64,000 nt of DNA from an uncultured delta proteobacterium (GCA_963847445.1 CAWJZV010000022.1:1-64000), one strand, 5' to 3'. Positions 20,981-30,964 are shown, counted from the stretch's first letter. Made by a program: numbers and translations. The notes: generated from the sequence alone by a model not told the origin.

Positions 20981-22153
20981 TCAAGAATTGACGACGATTT
21001 TTCCGGTTTCACGGGTGTCATAACCGCCGAGGGCTTCGAGCTCGTCGCGGAACGGTTTGCTGGTGATGATGTCGAGGAGCATTCGGAGGCCACCGACTGA
21101 TTCGTAGTAAGCTTTAGGGATGATGAGGTCGTAGCGCTCGCGCTGCAGTGGGACGAAATCCAAGCCGCAGATAGACGCGACGGAGCGCACGCTGATGCCG
21201 GTGTCGGCGAGGCCGGCTTTAACTCGTGAGGCGATGTCGAGGTGGGAAAAGACTTCGTCGCGATAACCCCTGACGCGTTTGGGGTTGATGGCATTGGCGA
21301 GCATCTGTTTGTCGAGTAGACGCCGCGCCCCCGATCCCGTCTCGCGGTTGACGATTTTTACCGTTGGCTTTGCGATATCGGCGATGCCGCGGAGTTTTTT
21401 GGGATTGCCCTGGCGCACGATAAAGCCTTCTTCCCAATGGGCGAAGGTGACGACGATCAAATCCATGTCGCCGACGAACTTCCTCAAATCGGGAAGCCTC
21501 CAGGCGCCCGAGACCTCTTCAGCGAGATGAATGCCGGCGGCATGAACTTCGCCGCGCTTGAGCGCCGCGAGGGCGAGGCTGCTGCCCATCAGGCAAGGCA
21601 CCACGTTGTCCCTCGTCGTGTTTGCGCACGTGTTCGCCGGCCAGAAACATCGACGGATCGCAGCCGCCGACAACGATCTTGCGGTGCACCTCCTCTCGGT
21701 CCTTGAGGAGCTTGACCTTGACGCGGCGACTCATCGGGGCTCGACTCGACGATCAAGACCGTCCGCCGTGACGCTCAGACTGGCCAGCTCCCCCAGTCCC
21801 TGAAGCGGACGCACCAGCACGCGGTGGCCGATTTGCGTCACCTGCGCGCGCGTCGGGCCTTCGGTGTTGGAGAGAGAGCCGATCAGTTCCCCCTCGATGA
21901 TTTCCCCGCCCTGTTTGATGCTGAACAAATCTTCGACGCGGCATTGGAGCGCCCGCGCAAGCTGGAGCGCGACTGAGGTTGCCGGGGAGTATTGATTCGT
22001 TTCCACGGCGGCAACTGACTGGCGTGTGATGCCGGCCATGTCGGCGAGTTGTTTTTGCGACAAACCCGCGGCCTGGCGCTTTTCGCGCAGGCGGTTTTCG
22101 AGCGCCGGTTGATGCGGTGAATAGGTTTCAGGTGATTCTATGATACCAGACAT
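20981..22153 (-). CDS. XRE-HTH plus periplasmic-binding-protein-like (PBP) domain regulator (frameshifts near 21600 and 21735)
   Basis: N-terminal NRLREKR...LSQKQLADMAGITRQ HTH; C-terminal NRETGSGAR and GLDFVPLQRERYDL. Confidence 0.85.
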
Positions 22154-22188
22154 AATGTTAGGTATCATGTCACAAAGAAATCTGTCAA
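22140..22188 (-). promoter_or_regulatory. palindromic operator over the regulator start, plus a TTGACA -35 box
   Basis: ATGATACC-AGACATAATGTTA-GGTATCAT (22140-22168); TTGACA on the - strand at 22188-22183. Confidence 0.6.
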
Positions 22189-22370
22189 GCGCTCCGAATT
22201 TTGGTGGCGATTCGGTTTGAAAGCACATCCATCACTTCGTTCAGGATGAAAGCTGCAATCCGGGGTGTCATTCTGAGGGCAGCGAAGAATCTGATTCGAT
22301 GCGAATATTGCTTTAAATTATGCGGGCGGGTCAAACCGAGTGGATACGGAATCCTTTTCCGCGCTAGGAT

Positions 22371-22583
22371 TCAGCCGGACTTGCGGAAGTCACACTTCTG
22401 AATCGAGGGACACGGAACGTCGCCGTAGGAGCAGAAGACGTAGCAGTGCCCCGGCTTCGTTTTGAGCAAAGTGCGGCAACCCGGTCATTCGTAAAAGAAC
22501 TGGCAAGGATCGGCGGGCATTTGCAAAAGTTCAGCGTGACTGCGGTGAGGACATGTCCATGTGCTTTCAAGGACCGTCTCCCT
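22371..22583 (-). pseudogene. GDCCVxC-family small Cys-rich (seleno)protein, decayed
   Basis: Hand translation ETVLESTWTCPHRSHAELLQMPADPCQFFYE*PGCRTLLKTKPGHCYVFCSYGDVPCPSIQ; start codon position reads AGG; TGA at 22487-22485. Confidence 0.75.
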
Positions 22584-22595
22584 GATCCAAGCTGT

Positions 22596-23062
22596 TTATT
22601 TGAGAAATTTTTCGATCTTTTTACGCAGGGCCTCTTCGCCCTGCGGTCCGGCGTAGCGGTCGACGATCATTCCGTCTTTTGAGACGATGACGCTGTGCGG
22701 GGTGCCGACGAAACCATAGGGAGCGGCGATCGTCACACCGTCGTCACGACCGAAAGGGAAGGTCCAGCCGTAGGTTTTGACAAACTGCCGGACGGCGGCG
22801 TCGGTGTCGCGAACGAAAATCCCGATGAACTGTACGTCTCGGTCCTTGAACTCGCGCTGCAACTTTTCGACGGCGGAAGCCTCCCGCCTGCAGGCCGGTC
22901 AGTAAGAGGCGACGAATTTCAGAACTTGCAATTTTCCTTTCAGCTCGGAAGTGCGGAGGTGCCACCGTCTAAAAGATTAAGGGCAAACGCCGGCGCGGCG
23001 ACATTTTTGTTTTGAGCGTTAAGCTCATGACGCGGAGATTGAAGAAAATACAGCCCCAAGCC
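22596..23062 (-). CDS. TlpA/thioredoxin-like selenoprotein (UxxC), 5' end truncated
   Basis: APAFALNLLDGG/..SELKGKLQVLKFVASY-TGA-PACRREASAVEKLQREFKDRDVQFIGI...GTPHSVIV; TGA 22901-22899 is in frame with ORF 22596-22862. Confidence 0.8.
22872..22888 (-). promoter_or_regulatory. putative bacterial SECIS hairpin
   Basis: GGCGGGA-GGC-TTCCGCC begins 10 nt after the UGA. Confidence 0.6.
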
Positions 23063-23063
23063 C

Positions 23064-23219
23064 CGCAACTCGTTCGTTGTCCTGCCGCTCGCGCTCGCGC
23101 TTCCGGCTTCGTACGAGCTGGCTGTGGTGGTTATTGTTTTTCAGTCCCTGGTAGAGCTGTTCGGCATGTTGGCCTATCTCCGGTGGGTGCCGGCTAAGCT
23201 TTTTCCAACGGCGTTGTGA
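23064..23219 (+). pseudogene. 3' fragment of an ACR3/arsenic-resistance (bile acid:Na+ symporter-like) gene
   Basis: RNSFVVLPLALALPASYELAVVVIVFQSLVELFGMLAYLRWVP...*. Confidence 0.7.
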
Positions 23220-23271
23220 ATCTGGAGGGAATCTAAAATCGTCAAACACGCTTTTGGCGTTATCGGTGAGG

Positions 23272-23539
23272 TTAACTTGACCCCGTCGCGTTGACCCCGC
23301 CGGGCTTTTTGAACCGGCGCGAGTGGCGGCTCCAGTCGCAGCCGCAGGCGTTGCAGTACCACTCGCTCATGCCTTCCCATTCTTCGCGGTCGGCGGCGAT
23401 GGCTCAGGCCCTGTTTGATCCTCTCAGCCTGCGCGGCGGTTGGAATGCCGTGAATTACGGCAACGACCGATGATGCGCCGCATTCCGGGCAGACCGGCGT
23501 CGGTTTGACGGATTTCGTTTTCGCCGATCGACCTGCCAT
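23272..23539 (-). CDS. small Zn-ribbon-like protein (frameshift near 23405)
   Basis: CPECG N-terminal pair and WYCNACGCDW C-terminal pair in the shifted frame. Confidence 0.65.
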
Positions 23540-23581
23540 CGGGATTTATCGCTCGCAATTAGTCGGTAATTCCACGAACGG

Positions 23582-24595
23582 TTAGAGAGTTTTTCTCACT
23601 TCGTTCGCGACGTCGACCAAGAGTTTAGCCTTGGCATCGGCCAGCTCCCGGGTGATCGTCATGAGGCCGCAGTCTGGGGCGAGCCAGAGATTTTTCGGCT
23701 CGATGTATTTGAGCGCCTGGCGCACGCGATCGGCTACTGTCGCGACCGAGGGCACGGGGGCATCGCTGGGATCGACGCAGCCAAACATAACGATGCGCCC
23801 TTTGGCGATCGATAGCACTGCGGGATCGTAGCCGCTACGGGCGAACTCGACGCCGAAGCCGCCGATCTTGGTTTTCATTAATTCTTCGAGCAGTTCGGGA
23901 TATTCATACTCATGCTGCCGGCCACCGCCGCCGGGATAGCCGTAGCAGAGATGGACCACCGTCGGCACGGTGATGCCTTCGAGACAGCGGTCGAGCGCCT
24001 TGGCGCCGTAGGCGAAGACTTTTTCGTGATAGCGGGTCATCGCCGGCTCGTCGATCTCCAGGACGTCGCAGCCGGCGGCTTGCAGGTCGCGCAGCTCTTG
24101 GTTGATCGCCGCCGCGACATCCATCGCCATGGCGGCCTCGTCGCCTTTGTAATACTCGTCGAGCGTGCTGTCGACCACGGTCATCGGTCCGGGCACGTCC
24201 ATCTTGATCGGTTTGTCGGTTTGCGCCTTGGCGAATTTGAGATCCTCGACGATCGCCTGTTTGCGCCGCTTGATCTTGCCGACGATGCGCGGCACCGGCC
24301 GCGGCTGCTCGCGCCGGCGATAGATGGTCTTGACCGCTTCATGTTCGAGGTCGATGCCGTCGAAGGACGCGAGCACATGATTGATAAAGCCGGTGCGCCG
24401 CTGCTCGCCGTCGGACAACAGATCGAGGCCGATGCGTTCTTGATTGTGAATGCTCAGCGCCGTGGCGTCGTCCTGCGCCTGCTTGAGTTCCGCGCCCTCA
24501 AGTCGAAACACGGCGCGGCTGCGCTCGTTCTGCGCCAGCCAACTGGGCCGGGGAAAACTGCCGATGGTGGTGGCGGCGATGGGTGGAAGTTGCAT
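23582..24595 (-). CDS. cobalamin-independent methionine synthase II family protein
   Basis: TTIGSFPRP, DGEQRR, IDEP, HLCYG, PDCGL zinc ligands. Confidence 0.9.
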   Translation of the reverse strand: MQLPPIAATTIGSFPRPSWLAQNERSRAVFRLEGAELKQAQDDATALSIHNQERIGLDLLSDGEQRRTGFINHVLASFDGIDLEHEAVKTIYRRREQPRPVPRIVGKIKRRKQAIVEDLKFAKAQTDKPIKMDVPGPMTVVDSTLDEYYKGDEAAMAMDVAAAINQELRDLQAAGCDVLEIDEPAMTRYHEKVFAYGAKALDRCLEGITVPTVVHLCYGYPGGGGRQHEYEYPELLEELMKTKIGGFGVEFARSGYDPAVLSIAKGRIVMFGCVDPSDAPVPSVATVADRVRQALKYIEPKNLWLAPDCGLMTITRELADAKAKLLVDVANEVRKTL

Positions 24596-24598
24596 GGT

Positions 24599-25474
24599 TC
24601 ACCTCGATGGGGAGATTTGTCTCTGGCTATATATGCGCTGCTGGTGAAACACAAGATGATTTTGAATGGATAATGGAGAATTGAGAATGGATAATGAGAT
24701 GAGGGGGAACTCGAACTCAGGCGGAACCGGCTTAGATGGGGATGCGCGATCGTGGTGGCGGCGGATTCGGTGCCGGATCCAGTGGCCTACGAGCGTGTTG
24801 AAAAACACTGGTATTTCCGTCGTAAACATCAGCGGCTCGCCGCTGAAGGGGTGTTTGAAGGAAATCGAGCGGGCATGCAGCGCTAGACGTTGGTAACGTT
24901 TATGTTCTTTGCCATAGCGTTCGTCACCGACCACCGGGTGGCCGATGCCGGCGAGGTGCACGCGGATTTGGTGCTTCCGGCCGGTTAAAAGATCGACTTC
25001 GAGCAGCGAAAAGTCTTTGGTCTCTTTCAGAACTTTGTATGCCGTGTGCGAAAGCTTTCCCTTGCGCGTGTCGGTGGTTGTGTAGACGCCGTGCGCTTGG
25101 TTTTCCGCCAGATAGGTCGTGATCGTGTCCGTGCGCTTCTCGCAACGGCCGTGGACGACGGCGAGATATTGCTTCTGGGTATCTTGCCACTGGCTTTGCA
25201 AGCGAAACTTCGCCTGTTCGTTCTTGGCGAATATGAGTATCCCTGAGGTCTCGCGATCGAGCCGGTGCACGATGAAGATACGATTCCGAGATTTCGCTAT
25301 TCCCTTGCGAACGTAGTCGGTGAGAATGAAGTAGGCCGTGCGCGATTTTTCTCGCTCCGTGCTGATCGTCAACAGGCCCGCCGGTTTGTCGACGACGATG
25401 ATGTCGCGGTCTTCGTGGAGAATTTCGATGCCACCCAAGTGATGTTTGCCACTCGGACCAGGGTGTCTACGCAT
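24599..25474 (-). CDS. RluA-family pseudouridine synthase (true stop probably nearer 24750)
   Basis: VDKPAGL, HRLDRETSG, TGRKHQIRVH, GHPVVGD; the ORF tail runs into repeat DNA. Confidence 0.88.
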   Translation of the reverse strand: MRRHPGPSGKHHLGGIEILHEDRDIIVVDKPAGLLTISTEREKSRTAYFILTDYVRKGIAKSRNRIFIVHRLDRETSGILIFAKNEQAKFRLQSQWQDTQKQYLAVVHGRCEKRTDTITTYLAENQAHGVYTTTDTRKGKLSHTAYKVLKETKDFSLLEVDLLTGRKHQIRVHLAGIGHPVVGDERYGKEHKRYQRLALHARSISFKHPFSGEPLMFTTEIPVFFNTLVGHWIRHRIRRHHDRASPSKPVPPEFEFPLISLSILNSPLSIQNHLVFHQQRIYSQRQISPSR

Positions 25475-25516
25475 CGTCAGTCTTGGTCTGCGGCTCGATG
25501 GAACGGGTTAATCCCA

Positions 25517-25822
25517 TCATAATGCTCTGCGGGAGCGCCGCATGACGTACTCGCGCAGCACACGATCCATGCGGGACTGCCACCCTTCGCCGGTGGACTT
25601 GAAGTACGCCAAGACCTCCCGGCTATAACGCACAGATACGAGTTGCTTCGCTCTCCCGGACTTGGGACGGCCGCGCAGCGCTCTCATGGGCACCATGGTC
25701 TTCAATTGCTTGAGTGTGAGCGGCTGCGGGCATCGGGATCAGCCTTAGCCGCGGCCGTGATGGCCTTATCTTCTCGCACCGTAGGCATGACGACGGACGG
25801 GCGTCTAGTTGTTTTCGGACAT
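25517..25822 (-). CDS. brnA: BrnA-family antitoxin (frameshifted)
   Basis: RGRPKS...VSVRYSREVLAYFKSTGEGWQSRMDRVL; start overlaps the end of the toxin gene. Confidence 0.85.
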
Positions 25823-26076
25823 AGTATTTTACCTCTCGCCGATTGGCTTGATGTAGGCTGATGAACCTTCGCGCCTCACCTCGATCGACAAATGCCACGT
25901 AGTAAAGGCATCTCGGTTTGCGGCGCGAGGGCAATCATCCGCGGCTCGTCGTAGGTGAAGCGGTCGTCGATCCAAACCAACGCCGCTTCCCAATCAAGTT
26001 CACCCGCCAAGGCCAGCGAGACGCCATGCTTGGCTCTATTCGCCACGTCCTTGGCGCGATCGAACTCGATTCGCAT
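25805..26076 (-). CDS. brnT: BrnT-family toxin (frameshifted)
   Basis: MRIEFDRAKDVANRAKHGVSL...YDEPRMIA...RFISLHQANRRE. Confidence 0.88.
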
Positions 26077-26215
26077 GAATAGTTAAAATGTAGCTACAGT
26101 AAAGAGGCATGTCAAACGGCGCGCGGATTACTGTCCTGCGCGCTTCGTGGCTAATTTTATGATTCCGAATTTTCTTAAATCGATTTGAACGACTGGACAT
26201 CCGGCTTTCTTCTCG

Positions 26216-27502
26216 TTACTCTTTTCTCCCCAACAATCGATAGAACAGCGCCGTCGTTATGATCAACGACACGGCGGCAGTCAGCGCGATGCCGAGCGAT
26301 GCGCCGAAGAGTGTCGCCGCGGCGCCTAATACGATGGAACCGACGGAGCGCATGCCTTGGTCGAGGTTGAATACGCTCATCACCCGGCCCATGAGAGTGC
26401 GCGGGGCTTCGATCTGGATGATCACCCGGCTGATCGTGCGAAAGCATACTTGGCCGGCGCCGACCAGGGCCAAGAGTGCTACCGAAAGCCAGAAGATCGG
26501 TGAGAAGCAGAATAGAATGAGAAAGATCGGCGTCGTCGTGGTCATGACCCAGAGCAGCATGGCGCGGTTCCAGCGTTCGCCGACCGAGGCGAGGAAACTG
26601 AGCGATGCGATGCCGCCCAATCCCGGCGCCGCTAACAATATGCCGAGCCCTCTCGGGCCGACCTGCAAGACATCCTTGGCGAAGACCGGCAGAAAACTCT
26701 GGTAGGTGACGATAAACACGGCGAAGGTGTAGGCGGCGATGACGCTGCTCAAGATCAGCGGCTCGTGCCAGACATAGTTAAAGCCTTCCTTGAACTCGCG
26801 CAGGAAGTTGTCTTCGCGCTTTATCGGTGGTTCTTTATTGGTGCGAATAAACAGCATGCCAATGCCAGCGAGTATCAGAGTTACGCCGAACACCGCGTAA
26901 CAGCCGTCGATGCCGATCAGGAGAATCAAGACGCCGCCGATGGAGGGTCCCGCTGTCCGAGCGATGTTGAAGCCGACGGTGTAGAGCGAGACGGCGTTCA
27001 TGACATGTTCCCGTGGCACTAGTTCGGCGAGGATCGATTGGGCAGCGGATGGATTGATCGCGCGAATCGAGCCGGAGAGGATTTCCAGCACCAGCAGGTG
27101 CCAGAACGCCAGCGTGCCGAAAGCATGGATCACTAAAAAAATCGCTATCGGGACGACCGAGACGAGATTCACCAGGATCAACATCAGCTTGCGATCGTAG
27201 CGGTCGACGTAGACGCCGCTCAAGGCGCCAAAAATCAAACGGGGCAACGCGCTGCACAGGCCCAAAATACCCAACGACATCGCCGAGCCGGTGATCTCGT
27301 AGGTGATCCAGTATAACGCGACCTCCTGAACGAAATGGCCGAGGGAGCCCAACAAATCCGTCGACCAGAAGATGGCGTAGTCACGGTAGCGCAGAGAGTG
27401 AAAGATGCGAATGGTGTCGTGCTCCTTAGTAATGTCGGTTTGAGACTCTCGGATTCGGATATGTCTCACGCAAAGGCGCGAAGACGCTAAGTTCGAGATC
27501 AA
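26216..27502 (-). CDS. MFS transporter (start uncertain, probably nearer 27430)
   Basis: SLRYRDYAIFW; GVYVDRYDRK motif A; about 12 TM segments. Confidence 0.88.
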   Translation of the reverse strand: MISNLASSRLCVRHIRIRESQTDITKEHDTIRIFHSLRYRDYAIFWSTDLLGSLGHFVQEVALYWITYEITGSAMSLGILGLCSALPRLIFGALSGVYVDRYDRKLMLILVNLVSVVPIAIFLVIHAFGTLAFWHLLVLEILSGSIRAINPSAAQSILAELVPREHVMNAVSLYTVGFNIARTAGPSIGGVLILLIGIDGCYAVFGVTLILAGIGMLFIRTNKEPPIKREDNFLREFKEGFNYVWHEPLILSSVIAAYTFAVFIVTYQSFLPVFAKDVLQVGPRGLGILLAAPGLGGIASLSFLASVGERWNRAMLLWVMTTTTPIFLILFCFSPIFWLSVALLALVGAGQVCFRTISRVIIQIEAPRTLMGRVMSVFNLDQGMRSVGSIVLGAAATLFGASLGIALTAAVSLIITTALFYRLLGRKE

Positions 27503-27745
27503 AGATCATTTTAAGCCCGAAACTTCGCGACTTTGCGCCTTCGTGAGAGATATCCGATTCTAGTGTTTATAGCCTTTCCGGTACATCTCGGAAAGGAAGC
27601 TGAAGCAAGATTCGAGTTGTGTATGCGGTGCCCGATGTCCGACGGTAATCCAAAATCGAAAATCCAAAATGGTCATGCTGGTTGACAGCGCGCAAGTTTC
27701 GGAATACTTCGGTGTCATCAACTTCGCTGAAGGAGAAAAACGATT

Positions 27746-28738
27746 GTGGCTTACGATGATCGCAGCGTGAAACCGATGAGCGCGAGTCTGATGCGGGCGC
27801 GGGTGGCGACGAAAATTCTCGCCGGGCTTTACGAAGAGGCGCCGACGATGTTGACCAGCGCGATTCGCTTGATGGTCGAATTGCCTGGCGGCAAGAAGGG
27901 GCGCAAGGGGCCGCCTTATCCATTTACCATCGGTGTCAGCCCGGCGTGGTGCAGCGGCTTGAATGGCGCCAAGCTGGTGGCCAACGGCAAGCTCGATCTC
28001 GTCTGGTTGAATCCGTCGATCATTCCGTCGATGGCGGTGCGCGGCGTCGGGCCGTTTACGAAAAGGAGCCCGCTGCGCGCGCTGGCAGTGTTTCCGTCCT
28101 GGGACCGCTTGGTGATCGCCGTGTCGCCGCGCTTGGGCGTGAATAGCATGGAAGAATTGATCGCCAAGAAACCGAAAATGCGCGTGTCCATCGCGGTCAA
28201 CGACTGCGTCGATTTCGCCATCAAATTCTTGCTCAAGGCCCATGGCATCACGCAAAATCATTTCGTCAGATGGGGCGGCAAGGTCGACGAAGTCGTGCGC
28301 CCGAGTAATCCGCACCGGCGCGAGGGGATTATCTCCGGCAAACTCGACATGGTGATCGACGAAGGCATGGACTCCTGGGGCGATGTCGCGGTCGAGCACG
28401 GCATGAAGTTTTTATCCTATTCCGAGCCGGTGCTGAAAAAATTAGAACAGTACGGCTTCCAGCGCGCGCGTTTGGATCATGGACGGATCGACGGCATCAA
28501 TGATCCGACCACGGTGGTGGATTTCAGCGGCTGGCCCATCGTCGTGCACAAAAATTTCCCCGACGACTTGGCCTACCACATCGCCGGCGTGCTGGAAAAA
28601 ATCCGCGAGGAGATTCCCTACGACGCGACGGAAACGCCGTCGATGAAGCAGTTATGTTCCAACAGCGAATCGGGTCCGCTGGATTTTCCACTGCACCCGG
28701 GGGCGGAGAAGTATTATCGGGAGAAGGGTTATCTGTAA
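27746..28738 (+). CDS. TAXI-family TRAP solute-binding protein-like
   Basis: AAGGAG RBS with GTG start; LRALAVFP; PDDLAYHI; FPLHPGAEKYYREKGYL C-terminus. Confidence 0.8.
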   Translation: MAYDDRSVKPMSASLMRARVATKILAGLYEEAPTMLTSAIRLMVELPGGKKGRKGPPYPFTIGVSPAWCSGLNGAKLVANGKLDLVWLNPSIIPSMAVRGVGPFTKRSPLRALAVFPSWDRLVIAVSPRLGVNSMEELIAKKPKMRVSIAVNDCVDFAIKFLLKAHGITQNHFVRWGGKVDEVVRPSNPHRREGIISGKLDMVIDEGMDSWGDVAVEHGMKFLSYSEPVLKKLEQYGFQRARLDHGRIDGINDPTTVVDFSGWPIVVHKNFPDDLAYHIAGVLEKIREEIPYDATETPSMKQLCSNSESGPLDFPLHPGAEKYYREKGYL

Positions 28739-28834
28739 GCCTTCGGTCTGAGTCCTGCGTTTGCGGTTATCGGTGGACCGATTCAGCCAGAGCGACGGTC
28801 GTGACCCACCGGGCCTTCGTCAGCGCCGCGGCGT

Positions 28835-29854
28835 CTATCTGGCGATGCCGTAGGTTTTTACGATCTGGTCGATGAAGCCGCTGTCGTCGAGTTTTTTCAC
28901 CAGGCGGGAGTCGACGAGGTTTTCCAGGTTGATGTTTGCCACCTGCGGGTTCTGTGTTTTCATGAAGCGCTGCATGTTGCGCATGCCCTCCATGGACGGA
29001 TACGGTTTCAAGTCGGTGGCTTTGGTCACGCCATCGTAGCCCTCTTCTGCGTCGGCCGGGTCGCTGAGCTTGAGCCGTTTCATGATCGTCCGAACCACCA
29101 GCGGTTTGTTCTCAGGCGCAAGGGTAAACGCCGCTCCTTCGATCAATGCTTTCAAGAGATTCTCCAAAATTTGCGGTTGGGACTGCAAGAACGAATTGAG
29201 CACCACCACGGTGGAGCTGACGGTGCGGCTGTTGGTCTTGTTGAGTTCCACCAGAATCGGAAAGCCCTTTTTCTTGAGCTTCTGGCTGAATGCGGTATCG
29301 AGGGGCGCGGCATCGATGACGCCGGTCTCCAAGGCTTGGGCGAGCACGGTTTGGTCGCCGATGGTGAGGACGCGGATATCGTCGCGCGTCGGATCGATTT
29401 TGAGCTGTTCGAGCGCCAGCATCGCGGTGATCCACAGACTACCGCCAACGACCTGAACGCCCACTCGTTTACCGCGCAGATCTTTCGCCGAGTTGATGCC
29501 GGGCCGGGCGACCAGGTCGTGGGTGAGTTTGCTGGTGAACGCTGCGACGATCTTGAGATCCGGCCCTTTGTCGCCAACCCCGAGAACCGAGATGCCGCCG
29601 GCTTGGCTGATGTCGATACTTTTTGAGTAAAGCGCGGCGATCGAGAGCGCGCTGTTGCGGATGAAAATGACTTCCGCCTTGATGCCGTACTTGGCGAAAA
29701 AGCCTTGCTCGTCGGTGATCCAAAGGGGCGCGACCCGCGGGTTATTAGCGGCGTGGGCGATGATCAGTTTTACCGGCGCCGATGCGCTAACGGCTGCACG
29801 AACGTTGCTCAACGGAATGAGCAACCCGAGAGCAACAATCAGGAGCTTGATCAT
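28835..29854 (-). CDS. ABC substrate-binding protein, SsuA/THI5-like
   Basis: AGGAGG RBS; signal peptide; GFFAKYGI; DLRGKRVG. Confidence 0.88.
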   Translation of the reverse strand: MIKLLIVALGLLIPLSNVRAAVSASAPVKLIIAHAANNPRVAPLWITDEQGFFAKYGIKAEVIFIRNSALSIAALYSKSIDISQAGGISVLGVGDKGPDLKIVAAFTSKLTHDLVARPGINSAKDLRGKRVGVQVVGGSLWITAMLALEQLKIDPTRDDIRVLTIGDQTVLAQALETGVIDAAPLDTAFSQKLKKKGFPILVELNKTNSRTVSSTVVVLNSFLQSQPQILENLLKALIEGAAFTLAPENKPLVVRTIMKRLKLSDPADAEEGYDGVTKATDLKPYPSMEGMRNMQRFMKTQNPQVANINLENLVDSRLVKKLDDSGFIDQIVKTYGIAR

Positions 29855-29916
29855 TGCCTGGCCTCCTGCGCTCGGTATCCGGAATAGGTCCGGGCTAAAA
29901 TCGATAACGTAAATTC

Positions 29917-30964
29917 TCATGCCATGCCGAACAAGCGCATGGCGTTGGCGCCTAGGATCTTTTCTTTGTCGCCGTCTGAAACTCCCTCCATCTCTTTGAT
30001 CATGTGCACGGTGCCCTGTTTCGAGTTCCAGGTCGCCGATGGATCGCCGTGCGGATAATCGCTGCCGACGGTGAGATTGTGGCCCTTCCAATAGTCGCAG
30101 GCGTATTTTAAAGAGTTTTCCGCGGCGAACGCCGAAACCCAGATTTGATCGAAAAACTCCCTGGGATTCTTACCGAGTTTTTTCTTTGCCGCCGGGTCCA
30201 TGTCCAAGCGGTCCATCAGCCAGGGCACGAATGCCGCCGAACCCTTCGACAAAGCAGACCCGCAGTTTGGGAAATTCTTTCAGCGCGCCGCGCAGAATCA
30301 AACTGCCGATGTCGACGATGTAGCGAAACGGGAAAGCGAGCAGGAAGGGCAGAGCGTTGTTGTCGACTTCCAGATAAAGCTGCTCGATGCCGACCAGCGC
30401 CGGATTGGGATGGCCGTCGCGGTCCGATGCAGTATCGTGCACGAGGATCGGTACGTTGAGATCGCAGCACTTCTGGTAGAACGGCCAGAGCTTTTCCGCG
30501 CCGAGATTGGCGTCGGCGAAGCCGCCCATGAATTTTACAGCTTTGAGACCGAGCGTCTTCACCGAACGCTCAAGCTCGCGGCAGGACTCTTCAACGTCGG
30601 GAAGGAAAACCCAGGAGACGCCGTAATATTTCTCCGGGTGGGCGCACTCTTTGAGATCCTGCGCCACCGCGTCATTGTAGCGGCGCGCTAGCTCGCCGCC
30701 CAGCTCGCGATCCCAGGTGTAGAGCAGCTCGCGATTTTCCGGGATGAGCACGTGGATGTCGAAACCTTCCCAGTCCACATGCTGGTCGCGAGTGTCGAGA
30801 TGCCAGCGTCCTTTGGGCGCTTGATTTTTGATTAACGTGCCATCCGGCAACACCGATCGCACGTCGTCGCCATTTCTGACGACCCGAGGCGAGTTCGGGA
30901 ATTTGGCGCACACCCCTTCCAAAAATTTCACCGGGAAGTAATGGGAATCGCAATCGATGTACAT
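29917..30964 (-). CDS. amidohydrolase_2 family protein (frameshift near 30245)
   Basis: IDCDSH, ILVH, FVEG, GSDYPHGD, ILGANAMRLF. Confidence 0.87.

Noticed and set aside
22190-22370. Moco/Wco riboswitch upstream of the mod operon
   Set aside because: The sequence here matches the GTCATTCTGAG repeat family; no Moco RNA motif recognised.
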